Source of the DNA: Myxococcota bacterium
GTDB taxonomy: Bacteria; Myxococcota_A; UBA9160; UBA6930
Reading direction: 5' to 3'
DNA: 64,000 nucleotides
NCBI GenBank assembly: GCA_965223415.1
Contig: OZ245002.1
Location: 5,504,001 to 5,568,000, forward strand
The first letter of the stretch is position 1; every line of letters begins with the position of its first letter. This document shows positions 63,900-64,000 of this stretch, piece after piece. A program made the translations under genes and the position numbers. The notes below the pieces were generated by a model. That model worked only from the letters and a program-made list of their open reading frames with translations, did not search any database and was not told where the DNA came from.

Positions 63900-64000
63900 A
63901 TGGCCGCCGGCGTGGAGGGGAGCCCCGACCGGACCCTGGCGGCCGCCCTGGGCCGCGCCGCGGCCCGGGCCGCGGAGCAGATGCCCGGCGCCGCCGCGCT
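63900..64000 (+). CDS. Start of an unidentified CDS (runs off the window)
   Basis: ATG immediately after the pilT stop; open to the window end (MAAGVEGSPDRTLAAALG...). Confidence 0.4.
   Translation, partial: MAAGVEGSPDRTLAAALGRAAARAAEQMPGAAA

Overview
High-GC (visibly >70%) bacterial chromosome segment; gene content (cbb3 oxidase, PilT, PilZ, globin-coupled kinase, sigma54 activator) suggests a Myxococcota/delta-proteobacteria-like organism (inference). The first ~25 kb is one coherent low-oxygen/dormancy locus. It has a soluble globin-coupled histidine kinase and an NtrC-type sigma54 activator, and at least 12 sigma54 (-24/-12) promoter motifs, several paired with a TGGGG-N7-CCCCA palindrome. 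Its effectors recall the mycobacterial DosR regulon (WS/DGAT-like, USPs, five stand-alone CBS proteins, Rv2004c-like kinase, HPF). It also holds an uncharacterised operon of two paralogous ferritin-like diiron proteins, a 4-Cys small protein and a hemerythrin, plus an ArcE/COG2403-like P-loop protein, two c-type cytochromes and ccoNOQPGHIS. A decayed methyltransferase separates this from core genes: lon-clpX-clpP-tig, tRNA-Leu, tRNA-Lys, fused 5-oxoprolinase, an apparently circularly permuted phosphodiesterase, murJ, a KamA/ATP-grasp pair, AbgT, CstA, SDR, GH20, rph/rdgB, an amidase, a pseudo-trypsin-VWA protein, YhhQ, AmpG and PilT. There are REP-like palindromes but no CRISPR, prophage or transposase was seen. 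All calls are by eye from motifs; no database searches were run.
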